In this document: piece after piece, positions 25,230 through 37,269 of the stretch
Layout: each line of letters opens with the position of its first letter
How positions within the stretch are numbered: position 1 is the first letter of the stretch
NCBI GenBank assembly: GCA_013265495.1
Contig: MU063884.1
Coordinates: forward strand, 222,024 to 286,023
Source: Vicugna vicugna
Lineage: Eukaryota
Reading direction: 5' to 3'
DNA: 64,000 bases
The notes under the pieces: generated by a model
Told to the model about the DNA's origin: nothing
The model's input: only the letters and a program-made list of their open reading frames with translations
Databases searched by the model: none
Made by a program: the position numbers and the translations under genes

Positions 25230-25810
25230 GACCCTCCCGCTCTTTCGAGCTCCTTCCATTAGTCTGAAAACAGGCTCAGTCTTTTCCTGCTTTAAACAAA
25301 GGAAGCTATTTTCCTGACTTCATTTCTCCACCTAGTTCTCACTCTTTCTCATTTTCCTTTACTTCTTTTCAACCAGTCATTCTTGAGCCCATTTGAATCT
25401 AACTAATGTTCTCATCGCTCTACTGTTAACGCTCATTTAAAGGTTATCAGGAACTCCCTAACTTCCAAATCTATGGAGGACTTTCTGTCCTTATCTCACA
25501 TGATTTTGGGAGGAAAGTTTGATACCGACCATCATGCTCCCCCTTCTAAAAATTCTTACCATTGATTTTTGGGGAAAAACTCTTCTGATTGTTCTATAAA
25601 CACTTTGGTTGCTCTGTGTCAATCCCTTTGATAGGCTTTTATTTAAATCCCATTCACCTTTTAAGATTAGTAGACCCTAGGATTTAGTCTTTGCTCTCAC
25701 CTTACTTTAGAATCCCCCCAGTCCACCTCCTTTACACTCATGGCTTCCAGTGCCCTAATCTGATAAAATCAATAGCCCCAAATCTTCACCTCCAGCCCAT
25801 CTTTGCATCT
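25230..25810 (+). mobile_element. L2 ORF2 reverse-transcriptase fossil
   Basis: frame reads HRSTVNAHLKVIRNSLTSKSMEDFLSLSHMILGGKFDTDHH, resembling L2/CR1 HHSTETALVKVTNDL...LDLSAAFDTVDH; later 'gaccctaggatttagtctttg' is a PQGSVL-like region. Confidence 0.8.
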
Positions 25811-26458
25811 GCTTACACACTGCTCTGGGAATTTGTAAACTAGAGAAGGGCATGAGGTGCAAAATATCATGTTACAATTTTCAGTTACAGACTTGTTATG
25901 AAAAAATAAGTTGTATAAATAATTAATAATAAGTAATACTTAAGGAGTGCTTGGTTCATGACAAGGACTATGAATTGTAGACGCTTTGTTATTACACTAT
26001 GAAATAAGTTCCATATCAGAGCCTCATTTAAGCCTTCAATTGTTGAGAAATGAAGAAATGATGACTGAATGAATATTTACTATTCTAGGGAGGGACCATT
26101 TAATGTCTTCCAGAAAACTGAAAACATGATCTGGAAATGTTGAAAAGATCGCTCAGGATTTGTTGAACTGGTTGGCTTGGGGAGCCACCTGGTGGTAAGA
26201 GAATACGTGAGGAAAGGGGGAGCTTGCACGGAGCCTAAAGTCACCTCACGTGAGTGGTGTGCAGCTTCCCCTGGAACGTCAAGGCCAGGACTGTCAGATC
26301 TCACACAGGACTCTACTCTTACAACTCTGTGGTCCCTGCTTACTTGATTTTCTGTATATATTTTCAGAAAAAAACATTTTCCTATGGGTTTATTTAAGTT
26401 ACCAACCTGGCAGTAGATACTCAGAACTGGGAGACGAAATGCATGAGAGTGTGGTACG

Positions 26459-26459
<1 letters not shown>

Positions 26460-26490
<31 letters not shown>
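26460..26490. repeat. (AAAAC)n pentanucleotide microsatellite
   Basis: direct reading; about 6 units. Confidence 0.9.
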
Positions 26491-26759
26491 TGATTGAGCT
26501 ATCCCATCAGAGGGTTGGAAATGGTGGCAATAATGGCTCAAGTTGCTGCTACTAGCCTACTTCCCTTCCTTTTTTTCCATTTTTCTATTTTCCAATGTGG
26601 TCTCAGAGTTAACTATTGCAATAAACATATGCATGCCAGAAATGGGTACAGAACTGTTTATTAAAAACAAACTAACAAACAGTGGGCAGAAGACCCAAGA
26701 GGATTGCTTTTAAGATTTGGGAATGAAGGGCTAATAAGTGAACAAGTAAAGGAGCTTTT

Positions 26760-27050
26760 GCTACATTATGCTAAGATCATAAGAAAATCTCCAAATCTCA
26801 GTGGTTCTCAACAGTATACATTTCTCGTTCATGTGACATGTGGATGGTGGCTGGTTATCTGTAGCTTACTCAGTTCCAGAATAGAATGCTTCTCAATCAG
26901 AACTCAGACTGAAGGAGCAGCTCCAATGTGAGACATGCTATTCTTGGGGCAAGGGAAAAGATCAAGAGATCTCAAAGAAACTCTCAGTGGCTCTAAAAGC
27001 CTCTTCTCAGAGCCAGTGCTGGTCTCACTCCCTCATACGTCATTGGATAA
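26760..27050 (-). mobile_element. MaLR LTR, MLT1K-like
   Basis: 'ccaaatctcagtggttctcaacagtatacatttctcgttcatgtgacatgt...cagactgaaggagcagctccaatgtgagacatgc...caagggaaaaga'. Confidence 0.6.
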
Positions 27051-27127
27051 AGTACTTCGCACAGTCAAGGCTGATACTGATGGAGATGAAAATACACTCT
27101 CATTTAAGAAGTGGGTGTATACTAAGT

Positions 27128-27245
27128 GTAACATAATTTATTGTCCAAACTAGGGCAATGTTGAGAGTGAATGTGTTTTTCAGTAATTAAGCCAAGAAAA
27201 TAGGTGTACATTGGGATTGTCCTGGCAAACTGAGATGTATCATCT
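27128..27245. mobile_element. Short ancient DNA-transposon MITE (hAT-type, family uncertain)
   Basis: 'aacataattttattgtccaaactagggcaatgttgagagtgaa...gggattgtcctggcaaactgagatgtatcatctcc' resembles a CpG-decayed eutherian hAT MITE. Confidence 0.4.
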
Positions 27246-27811
27246 CCTTCTTATAATCTTCTTACAGGGGAAAAATGAGCAGGTAATGGGGAATTATCGA
27301 GTTGATCACAAGCTTCCATGAAAAGACCAGGCATTTACACATGGACACATAGACATACTGAGGGAAGGAAGGAAAACAGGCAGGAAGAAAGGCTAGACCC
27401 ACTGCATCAGGAAGTTAGATGTTAGCCTTAGGCTGTGAGATCTTTCCTGAGCCAGAGGTCAAGATGAAGGGTAGTGAACCAAGAGTAGTGCGATATAAAC
27501 GTCCTGCTTCTCAAAAGGTAAGCAGTGGTAAGAAAAGGAGAGTCTGGGTGCCATTTCTCTGGCCTCAGAGATCAAGGCACATCCCTGGGTCCCATGACCT
27601 TAGTGGGAGTAGAGAGGACAAGAGGGTACAGAGTGTCTGGTTTTGTCAGTTCAGCAAATGGCAAGTGTTTAATATGTAAAACAAAAAAGTTTATTCAGTT
27701 ATATTCCCAGGTGACAGAAGTTGGAGTCATTTACAATTAGAAAGATTGAAGGATTAAGATAAACAGAAAAAAATAAAAACCCACAAATCTTATGGGTTTA
27801 GATAATTTTTT

Positions 27812-28015
27812 AAATTAAATTAAATTAAAAATTTTTAACATTTTTTATTGATTTATAATCAGTTTACAATGTTGTGTCAAATTCCAGTGTAGAGCACAAT
27901 TTTTCAGTTATACATGAACATATACATGTTCATTGTCACATTTTTTTCTCTGTGAGCCACCATAAGATCTTGTATATATTTCTCTGTGCTTTACAGTATA
28001 AGCTTGTTTATCTAT
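27812..28015 (-). mobile_element. 5'-truncated camelid-type L1 3' end with TSD
   Basis: 'aacattttttattgatttataatcagtttacaatgttgtgtcaaattccagtgtagagcacaat...'; TSD tgggtttagataatttttt (27793-27811) / tgggtttaggttatttttt (28016-28034). Confidence 0.88.
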
Positions 28016-29619
28016 TGGGTTTAGGTTATTTTTTATAAATTAGGAATTCAAAATATAATAGAGATTAATTATCTAGATGATATACAGATTTATATGGAGT
28101 AGAAGAGTGATTAGAGCCCAAGAGGGAAAAATCAATGAATGAGAAGTTAACATTTTCCTATTGCTAAAACTTGATTCTAATGAAATTAATGTTTCTTGGC
28201 TCAGACACAGCTTTAAAGCATGAAATTAAAAGCAATCCTAAGCCACCTAAAAAAGATCTTCTGTGACAAAAAATACTTCTGAGCAAGAAGATTAAAATCA
28301 ATTTTTTAATCATTTAGGGTGTAGGGCAAAAATACTCGATTTAGAGAAGAGACGATCAGTTAATAAAGTTCTCTAGACCACAATTCACAATGTTAAAGAG
28401 AGAATATGCATTTCAGATATTGTCTAGACAAAATGCTATTGAATGAAGTAAACTTTGATCTTAATGCTACTGTGGGTTTTTTTTTTTTTTTTGACCCCAT
28501 TCAGACAGCAAGCCTAAGCAAGTGGTTGTCTTGGGAAAGCATCACCCTGCTCTCAATTGCTCATTTACTAATTGCAGTATTTAATGATACTAGTTTTCTA
28601 TCCTTAAATGTGTCCCAGGAACATACAATTTAATTTTTTTGGTCTTTTTTTTCTCTGTAATTCAAAGAAAGCATTATAGTGCCTTAAATATCTACATATT
28701 TATACAGAAAATATATTTTAATATGGTGTTCTTAGTGTTTCCTATTTATAAAATACTGGACATTATTTCCTGGGGTAAAGAATATTTACTCGAAAATTGT
28801 TGGTATAATAAGTTTGCTGTTTTAACCACAAGGTGGCAGAAGAAGCTAGGCGCTCCATGTGCCTTTTCCAAATTGCTGAAGTAACTTCTGGCACCTTGTT
28901 TTATCAAATTCAGATGAAAGATGCAGAAATAAATGTACAGTGTGCCTTTGTTGACCTGGACACGTGTAAGACAAGTAACTATATAAGTAACAGCTTTTGA
29001 AAGAAGTTAAAACAACTGAACACTCTTTCGTATCCTCAAGACAAATCCAGTTCAAAGGGTATTTTAAACTTTGTTTCTAGTAAACATTTGATTGGTGTCA
29101 AAGAAACACTTTCTCTTAGTAGGTTTTTTTTTTTCTCTTTTTTTGACACTGTGGTCACATTTTGCCTCCTGCATTGTGGACCCAGGGTCTTTGCTCTCCC
29201 ACAGACGGTTTCTGAGAACACACAGAAGATGCCTGGGGAGGTGCCCTTGAAAGATGTCTTGAACATCTGTGCCCGGAGAGAAAAGCAATCACTTTCCTTC
29301 CTCCTCCTACCCAACACTATTGTTTGTGGGAACATGAAAGATACACTTCTCTTTGGAAACAAATCCAAAGGAAGTTATATAGTCACCCTAGAGTAATAAA
29401 ATAAATTATAATTTATCATAACCTCCATATGGCCCAATATATGAAGTTAACAACAACAACAAAGCAGTCAAGATGTCATCTGCTGGCATATTTCAGTTCA
29501 TATGAGGCAATGTTACTCTGAAGAAATCATAACTGAATCATTGTTTTGGTGTAATAAATGCTGATTTCTATATTTTAATGACTTGCTGGTAATTGTATTG
29601 CTAGAAGAAAATCCAAAGT

Positions 29620-29960
29620 TCTGCAAATGGCATTTAAGCCCCTTTACTATCTGCTGTCCTTCTGCAATAGTTCTCTGTTTAACTAAGTAGACCCTGGCCT
29701 TTTACACCACTGTCTTCCCCGAGACTGTTACTTGTTGGAATGTCCTCTCTTCCTCTGTTCCTGCAACAGGCCCATTGCCATTTCTCCTTCAAGAAACGAC
29801 TCAGAGATCATTTCTCTGAAATCTGTCCTGAATTCTGCTCTGAAAGCAGAAGTAATAGTTTCCTCTTCGGAAATCTTAGAATCATTGTTTCTGGTTTCAT
29901 CATGATGATCATTTAATTCTACTTGCTTTGTACATTGATGTCTACCCAAGGAGAGGAAAC
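29620..29960 (+). mobile_element. L2 fragment
   Basis: minus-strand read 'ctgagtcgtttcttgaaggag...gaagagaggacattccaacaagtaacagtc' is L2-antisense-like. Confidence 0.45.
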
Positions 29961-32769
29961 TTATTTCATCATCTCTATGTCTCATGCCTACTGGGGAGCT
30001 TTAAACAGAAGGGGAATGTGATGAGCCTCTGGGGAAGGAATGAAGGAGTCAAGAACAGCTATAACTTCATGCAGCATGGAGCGTAATGCATCTCTACATT
30101 ACCATTTCTATTTGAGGATGACTTGTATATTCAAAGAAGAGTATGATTTTAGAGTTTGTCTTTAGTTGATTTATTTTTACATTAAATTCAGAAAAAAATC
30201 TTCAAATTTTGTTTAAGTTGTAGAGCACAAACTTTTGTGCCATTATCCTTCAATTCCTCACATTATTTGAAGTCATACATATAAAACAATTCAGCATATT
30301 AAAACTGGAATCTAAATAACATACCCTTTGGAGTCTGTTGCTCCTAAGTACAAACCATTAGTATTTCCTTAATATTTCGAGTAAACAAACACCTGTTAAA
30401 TACACACAACGATAAAGGCAACGTGACAGATGCACCTCATACCAAATAAATAACATTTTATACTTATCTTTTGGAAGTAGACCTGAAATGGTTCTAAAAA
30501 CAAATGATTTGATGGTTATTTATGTCTTTAGAATAAGCTCAGCTTCACCCTAATGAGGTCATAATGAGGGGTTTCACAGAAGGCAACTAAGCACTATATT
30601 TATCCCAAACAAAATGGTAGGTGTTGATGGACTTCTCAATCCTTTAGTCAAAAAAAAAAGTCACAATGACACTCACTTTAAGATAACTGAAAATATAGAC
30701 CTTGCATTTTTCATGCAAAAAAGTGCCCAGGAAAAGAGATTCCACCAAGAGAATGTCAGAACACGGACTATACAATCAGAAAACCACTTAGCATTTCAGA
30801 ACCATGGGGTAGACTCTGTTGTCCAAGAAAACTATGACTCTCATAAACTTATTCCTGTATTTAAGGAAACATTGTTATTTACATTTCTAGAGGGGATTTA
30901 ACATTTTTGACAAGGTTATCTACATCATCAATGACATCAGTTACTTGCCTGAAAAGTTTTTCACGATAAGAAGAGACACCTAAAGGTACCCAATGGAAAA
31001 GGAGCTTGGAGTCAGTACAGAAACACCTGATCCAGGTAGGCTCAAATACTCCCAATTACTCTCCTCCATTTGATGCGTGTGTATGTATGTGTGAGTGTGT
31101 GGTGTATCAGCATTATTTAGATCTTTTTTCCTATAATTAATGAAAATGTAATAACTACATGTGAATTACAAATTTCTTCAACAGATTTTAAAAATTCCAC
31201 TTAGAAAGCATACTTTATGCATAAAATTTAGTACTCTACATATATAAACATCTAAAGCATCATAAATTAGCTTTCCTTTAATTTTTAGTGAGGGATTGAA
31301 TGTATATAGAAAAAAGTAAAGAGTTGACAGTTTCTACTTGAATCAGATGAAATGCCACCATAAAAATGGAAAACCTGATTGTGTGTGGGTGTGGCTACTC
31401 TTTGTTGAAGGTGAGTTCTTCTCTATATTACAACAGGAAAATATTGTTCAAGTAACAATTCTAAGGGTTGTCCAGGGTTTATTTTTTAAGCTAAGAACAG
31501 CATTTGCCTTAATAACTTCAATTTATTTAAAAACTAGAAACAAAGCAAAGAACAAACTGAACTTACGTTAACTACATTTTGTTGAATTGATCTATGTGAA
31601 TTTTTTTGTTTTTCTCAAAACATATGTAAGTGCAAAATATTTTGAAGTATTTTGAATCTGATCGTTTACTTTTGAATGTCTTCAAAAATGGGAGACATGT
31701 CTTATTCATTTTGTATTGTAATGGTTGGACATAAACAATACATAATATATTTTTAATTGAGTTGAAACAAAACATGCTTCTCCAATAACACTAAGGTACA
31801 AAGTTCTATTATTCCTCTGGTCACATATATTTTGAATACTGTAGAGATTTCAGACTAAATACTACTTGGACATATCATAAAAATCCTCAAGCACTGAACA
31901 GAAAAATGTATTTTTCTACTTATATGCTTTATTTTCTGCCAATGAAATAAAAATTTATTTAATGAAAAAGGTTCACACCATTTATCATGTATCTATCATA
32001 TTTGTCAATATAATAAAAATTAGAGAAAGCAATATCAAATATAGAAATGTTTTATTAAAATGTCCACAAGAAGGAGATGGTGTGTAAATTTTTAAGACCC
32101 AATGTACATGCTATAGTGAGTGGTTCTTATTAAAAAATTATATAAAAATTAATTGCAGTGATTACTGAAATTGCTGCAAAAAATAAGAAGAATTTCCAGT
32201 TACTACCATGTCAATACAGTAATTATAACCTTCAGTATACATATTTTCGGACAATTTTATACTTGGATAATTTTATTTTACATACATAGTAACAATAATC
32301 TTAACATTTATTTTTCATCAGTTTATTTTCCTAAGCATCAGAGGCAATTTTTCACTTGAAAAATAAATTTTATGTGTGTACTTTCCTTAGAATCCCTTTC
32401 AAGCCTTTTACTCTCTAAGGTAATTATCTCACTTAAGGTATGCCACTAACAATAAAATGCCTCCAGACTTTTTGTATTAGTCCCAAAGGAATTTCAGACA
32501 TAATTTAGAAAAGCACATTTATTGAAATCCAATTCCTCTACATACTTTCAAGCGCCAGAAACTTGAACAGGGCAGCTGTTGTATCTTCTAATTGGAAAAA
32601 CTTGTGTAAGTGCAAAATGTTTCAAAGCATTTTGAATCTTATTATTTACTTTAATTAAAAAAATCATGAAATATTTAAAACTAACATTAAAGTTAGTACG
32701 TATATTGTAGGAAGAGAGTAAATATACTTTAAGGCTTTCTAGGTTCTTGGGAAAGAAGACACAGAGAAA

Positions 32770-32970
32770 AGTTATACGTGGGTTCAAAAAGCTGTCTCTG
32801 TCACCAGCTTTGTGACCCTTTGGCAAGTGCTTGTATGTGGTAGCTGAGGCTCAATGATATCATGAATTGGGTACAATGATACTTGCCTTGTAGGGAGGAT
32901 TGTTAAGTTAAAAGAGCATAAGTTAAGAGCATGGTGCTTACCAAGTAGCAGATATTTTAAAAAGTGGTAA
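32770..32970 (+). mobile_element. MIR
   Basis: 'ctctgtcaccagctttgtgacctttggcaagtgc...gatacttgccttgtagggaggattgttaag...gtgcttaccaagtagcagat'. Confidence 0.55.
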
Positions 32971-35198
32971 CAAGTATCTTATGCTGTTACTTGAATATAC
33001 ACTTCATTTGATTTCAACAATTCTATTAAGAAATAAAAATTCAGAGATGATGTTTTCCTTACATTTAATAACAAATGAACACAAACTTTGTATCCAGGAG
33101 TTTGTGATTTAAAGCCCATACTGCCAATTCCTTTCTCATTAATGAGGACTCGATTTTTGTCTGAGTGTTCACTGACTTAGCAATTTAAGCAGACTTTCTA
33201 CTTTAAAGGGTTTTAATTTGTAAAATAAGGAGATTCCATTCAGTAATCTTTTGCAATTATGATTCTAAACAATTAAGATAAATCTAGAAGATAAAGATAA
33301 ATCCAGTTGTTAAAAATGTTTGATCCAACATTACAGATGTTAGATTCTAATAGATTGTCTAAATATGACAGAAATGTCACCCTCTAGTCTAAGCATGAAT
33401 CGGGGTTTATTACTGTTTCTGTGCATTGAAATTCACTTTCTTCTGAATCTATAGGAGGATTCCATGCATAACTTCCATGAAATATAATGGTAATTATTTG
33501 AAAAAAATTAGTTTTATAGTTGTCTGGGAATATACTCCAAAGCCAAATTGAATAGATACTATGTTATTTAATTTTACTCAAATAAATCCATCCAACAAGA
33601 AGCATATTTTCCCTGCAGAGATCTATAGTTCCACGTTCATTTCCTCATTTGATTTTCTTAAATAAAAGACTAAACTTTTCATGCATTTTAGAAAGTTTTT
33701 ACCAATAATTAAAAAGAACACTCTGCTTAAAGTACTGTAAAATATGTTATTATAATTTGATTCAGGTTTGTTACGAGGATGCCCACAAATAATTCAGCTG
33801 CTAAATAGTTTGCTAACTTATAAATCAAATTCCTTCAAATTTTTTATGATTAATACTATTTGCAAAACAATAAGATCTACAAGACAACTTTAACAGGTCT
33901 CCACACAGAAAGAGAAAATTCTCCCATTCTTATGCATTCAATTCATCCACATTTCAAGGAGACAGCAATTATTTCAAGGACAAAAAGAGAAAATTACAGT
34001 CTCTTTGAGATTATCAGGGTCCTTTTGGACAGCTAACCTCAGCAAAAGGAATGGTGACATTTATAGAAACATTATCAACCCTCAAACTAAAGGCTTCAAA
34101 GAGAAGGACAATTGGATTTGCACATTTCAGTAAAACACACACAAAATTGTGTTAAACAGCTAAATGTTCCTTCAGAGATGACTAATACGCTCACATGCAA
34201 GATTAAGTCATTTCTCCTGTTTTCAATCTGGCCTTTCATAAACTTCTGACAGAGTCCCTGAAAGGATATTATGCCAATTTAATGCAAATATTCATTTTCA
34301 TTTAACTGCTTGAATATAAGGCTGTGGTATGTTCTAGTTCACAAATGCTATCACAAGATTCAGTAGTTGCCAGAGAAAGGAGTCTTGACTTAGCTCTACC
34401 TGGAAATAGCTATCCTCTGATCTACTAAAACATGCCCGGCTTACTATGAAGTAACTGTGTTACACGGGGGCTCAGGACAGATAAATTTAGTGGTTTCTGT
34501 CCAAATATCCTGCCCTGTGCCAAAAGAAAACAAAGCAAAACAAACAAATAAAACGGGACTATTATGTATAAGTGATGTATACCACTTGATGTATTTTATT
34601 TCTTCCATTCCATTGTGTTTGCCACAAATTCTTGCATCAAAATAGACCCATGAAACTTACCATTCTAGACTAGGAGTAGTGGCTAACTCCACCCATCAAC
34701 AAGAAAATTGCCTTGAAAATTGTCTTCGCTTTTTGGTGAGAATATTGGTTACATTTCTTTACCTTCTTCTCCAGCAGTTTAGAAAATAAGCCTGGAAAAC
34801 ATACTTCAGAATAATCTACCTAATTTAAAAAGAATATACTACTTCTCCACTCTTAGCTGGAGTCAAGAAGAAAGGAGAGAGCCATGTAGAGAATGGAAAT
34901 GAAAATCTAATGTCTTTTCTATCCCTAGGGTTTGGATTTCGGTTTTTTTTTTTGTTTGTTTGATTTTTGGATGAGAGACAGGGTAAAGTGAAATCCCCCG
35001 CATGCATCGAAGCTATTCTCATTCAGAGACAGCACGGATCCATAAAGCAACTGGAAGGAAATACCGTTGTATGCTATAAAGTTATGGTCCCTCAAAGTAA
35101 GACTTTTGGGGGCAGGGCTAGGGGCTTAAGTTTAACTTGCCCAGGCTGTCCTCACCCTCTCATGACTTAGGCGCTGAGTTGAGAATTTATGGGCTGCT

Positions 35199-35321
35199 CC
35201 CCGCCCCCACCCCACCCCCCAGCCAGTTGAAGGCCAGAGGCTGGCTGGGAGGTGTGGCCAATATCCATTCTCACATGTGAGTAAAATAAGGGAGCTCCAC
35301 TGCACGTGGTTAGAAAATAAG
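35199..35321 (+). promoter_or_regulatory. Promoter-like patch: GC box/G4, CCAAT box, E-boxes, 5' splice site
   Basis: ccccgcccccaccccacccccc 35199-35220; ccaat 35258-35262; cacgtg 35303-35308; AAG|gtatgt at 35321/35322. Confidence 0.4.
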
Positions 35322-36197
35322 GTATGTGTGAGAACTGACCCTCAGCAACCAAACTGAAAAGGTATTTTACTGTCCAAAATAATAAGAATAATTTTCTGAA
35401 TATGAAGGTTCTCATGGTTTTAGTGGATGACTGTGGAAAACTAGATTACATGAATCTTTCTATCACAATATATGAATATGTGGCCAATGATTTATACTTC
35501 ATAGTAAGTTAATGAAACACACAAAAAATGTTGTCATTTATATTAAAACAAATGAATGAATAACAACAAATTAATTATGCAAAATCACAAAGTTCTTTTG
35601 CACTTTGTTTAGTAAGCAGAGATCTTACTGATCTTACATCTGTTCTCTTCACTTTTTGCTTTTGCTTTTGTTGATTTACTTTATGGAAAATGCTTTCTAG
35701 GTTAACATAAAAACTTTAGTTTTCATAACATTGCTGAATACATATTAAATAAATTCATATGAAAATGTGTTAATCCATGTTCTTGGCAATATAAAACACC
35801 ATTGTATTGGTTCATCTACATTTTTCACTGTTTGGAATGTCTTAGGTTAGACAGCAAAATAACAATGCATACACAAACAGGAGTGATTTTATCAAAATAC
35901 TGTGCATTCAAGTATTGAGATCGCTTTGCTTATTACAACAAAACAGCTAAATCTTTCGGTCTCAGCACTGAGAATCTTCCATGTTTTTAATGGGAATTTG
36001 AGCCCCAAAGATTAGGATTTACTAGTCTCCATGCAGTATTTGAATCACTGCAACAGTTACTGTCTGCTGAAATAAACGAGGCTCCGGCTTCTAGACAGCT
36101 CCCCAGACCAAATGACAAGGGTTAAAGTGATGCTCATGCATAATCATGTAATTTAAAAATCAGTTAAAAGAAAAAAGCTTCACATTTTTCCTCACAG

Positions 36198-36258
36198 GAT
36201 TCAATGTCTTTTTGGAGATACCATCAGTGATGCAGTTGAATGCCCTAACCACAGAGAT
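36198..36258 (+). other. Candidate 61-nt internal exon (unassigned)
   Basis: cttcacatttttcctcacag|G acceptor, GAT|gtgaga donor; two frames open, no recognised protein. Confidence 0.25.
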
Positions 36259-37269
36259 GTGAGAAAATATTTTGATATCACATAAAAGAAACAACTACCT
36301 TTCTGGAATGTCTTTATAAAAAAAATTCATAATAAGTTTTCTTTACATATTATGTATCTAAGACACATAATTTCTCCATTATACAGAATTGATGCATAAA
36401 ATTATTTCTGCAACGTATAATTGAACTCAATGACCATAATGTCATAATACCTTTTGTTGATTTTTAGACAATGCCTTGTAGGACTTAATCTACTGCTTAA
36501 TTAATATTCTATGGTCTCTATTTATATTTCATGTACAGCAGCAGGTATGCTTTTTAATTTTTGTAATATCTTACTGAAAGACATTTTAAGAAAGGTCACG
36601 TCTTATTAGGGATGTTATTGAAAAAGAAAGAATTCAAAGATTTGAGTAAGATTTAAAGGAAATTGAATATTGGATCAAAATGAGTTAACTAACCAATCTT
36701 CCAAATTTCTATAAAAATCAAATCAAAGTAGTAAAAATATATGACTGTAATGTAGTAAGTAAATGAACTTAAATATTCCTATAACAAATTTTAATAAATG
36801 GACTCATGATGCACCTATTTATTTGCACACATAGAGAAAATGTAATTGTTTGTCATTTTAAGGTAAAATAGTTAAGGACATGGGATAGACATTTGGAGAA
36901 TCCTCCCTTCCTTACCAACCCAACCAAAGAGATATCTTTGTTAAAGGTAAAACTCTCACATTATAATTTGTTTTAACATAATAAGGTAAAATAACATAAT
37001 AACACATAATAAAATTTCTGTAAAATAGTATGTTTTGATTCAGAATTTCAAAGTTTTTTAAAAACAGAACTATTTTAACATTGCATTTTATTACTGTCAA
37101 AGCACGCACCATAACCTACATTTTTCTTCATATTTTATACCCCCTCCTAGGTCCTATTGCAGCAATAGGTATGGCATGAAGCTGTACCTACAAACAATGA
37201 CCCTCAAATAAATATCATCAGCCACTAACTCTTTTGAATCCAAAAGAGATCTGTTTCCCATTTACCTTT

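Noticed and set aside
26080-26541. Longest listed ORF (153 aa)
   Set aside because: It crosses an (AAAAC)n microsatellite (FCFVLFCFVF) and has no recognisable domain.
29728-29985. 85-aa acidic ORF that looks exon-like
   Set aside because: The nucleotide sequence resembles antisense L2 motifs, and there is no recognised homologue.
31330-31416. Strong donor AAG|gtgagt at 31410 with a short upstream ATG (MENLIVCGCGYSLLK)
   Set aside because: There is no polypyrimidine acceptor or promoter signature upstream, and isolated donors are expected by chance.
18675-34289. Scattered octamers ATGCAAAT (18675, 23032, 34282)
   Set aside because: About 4 are expected by chance at this base composition, and these have no supporting context.
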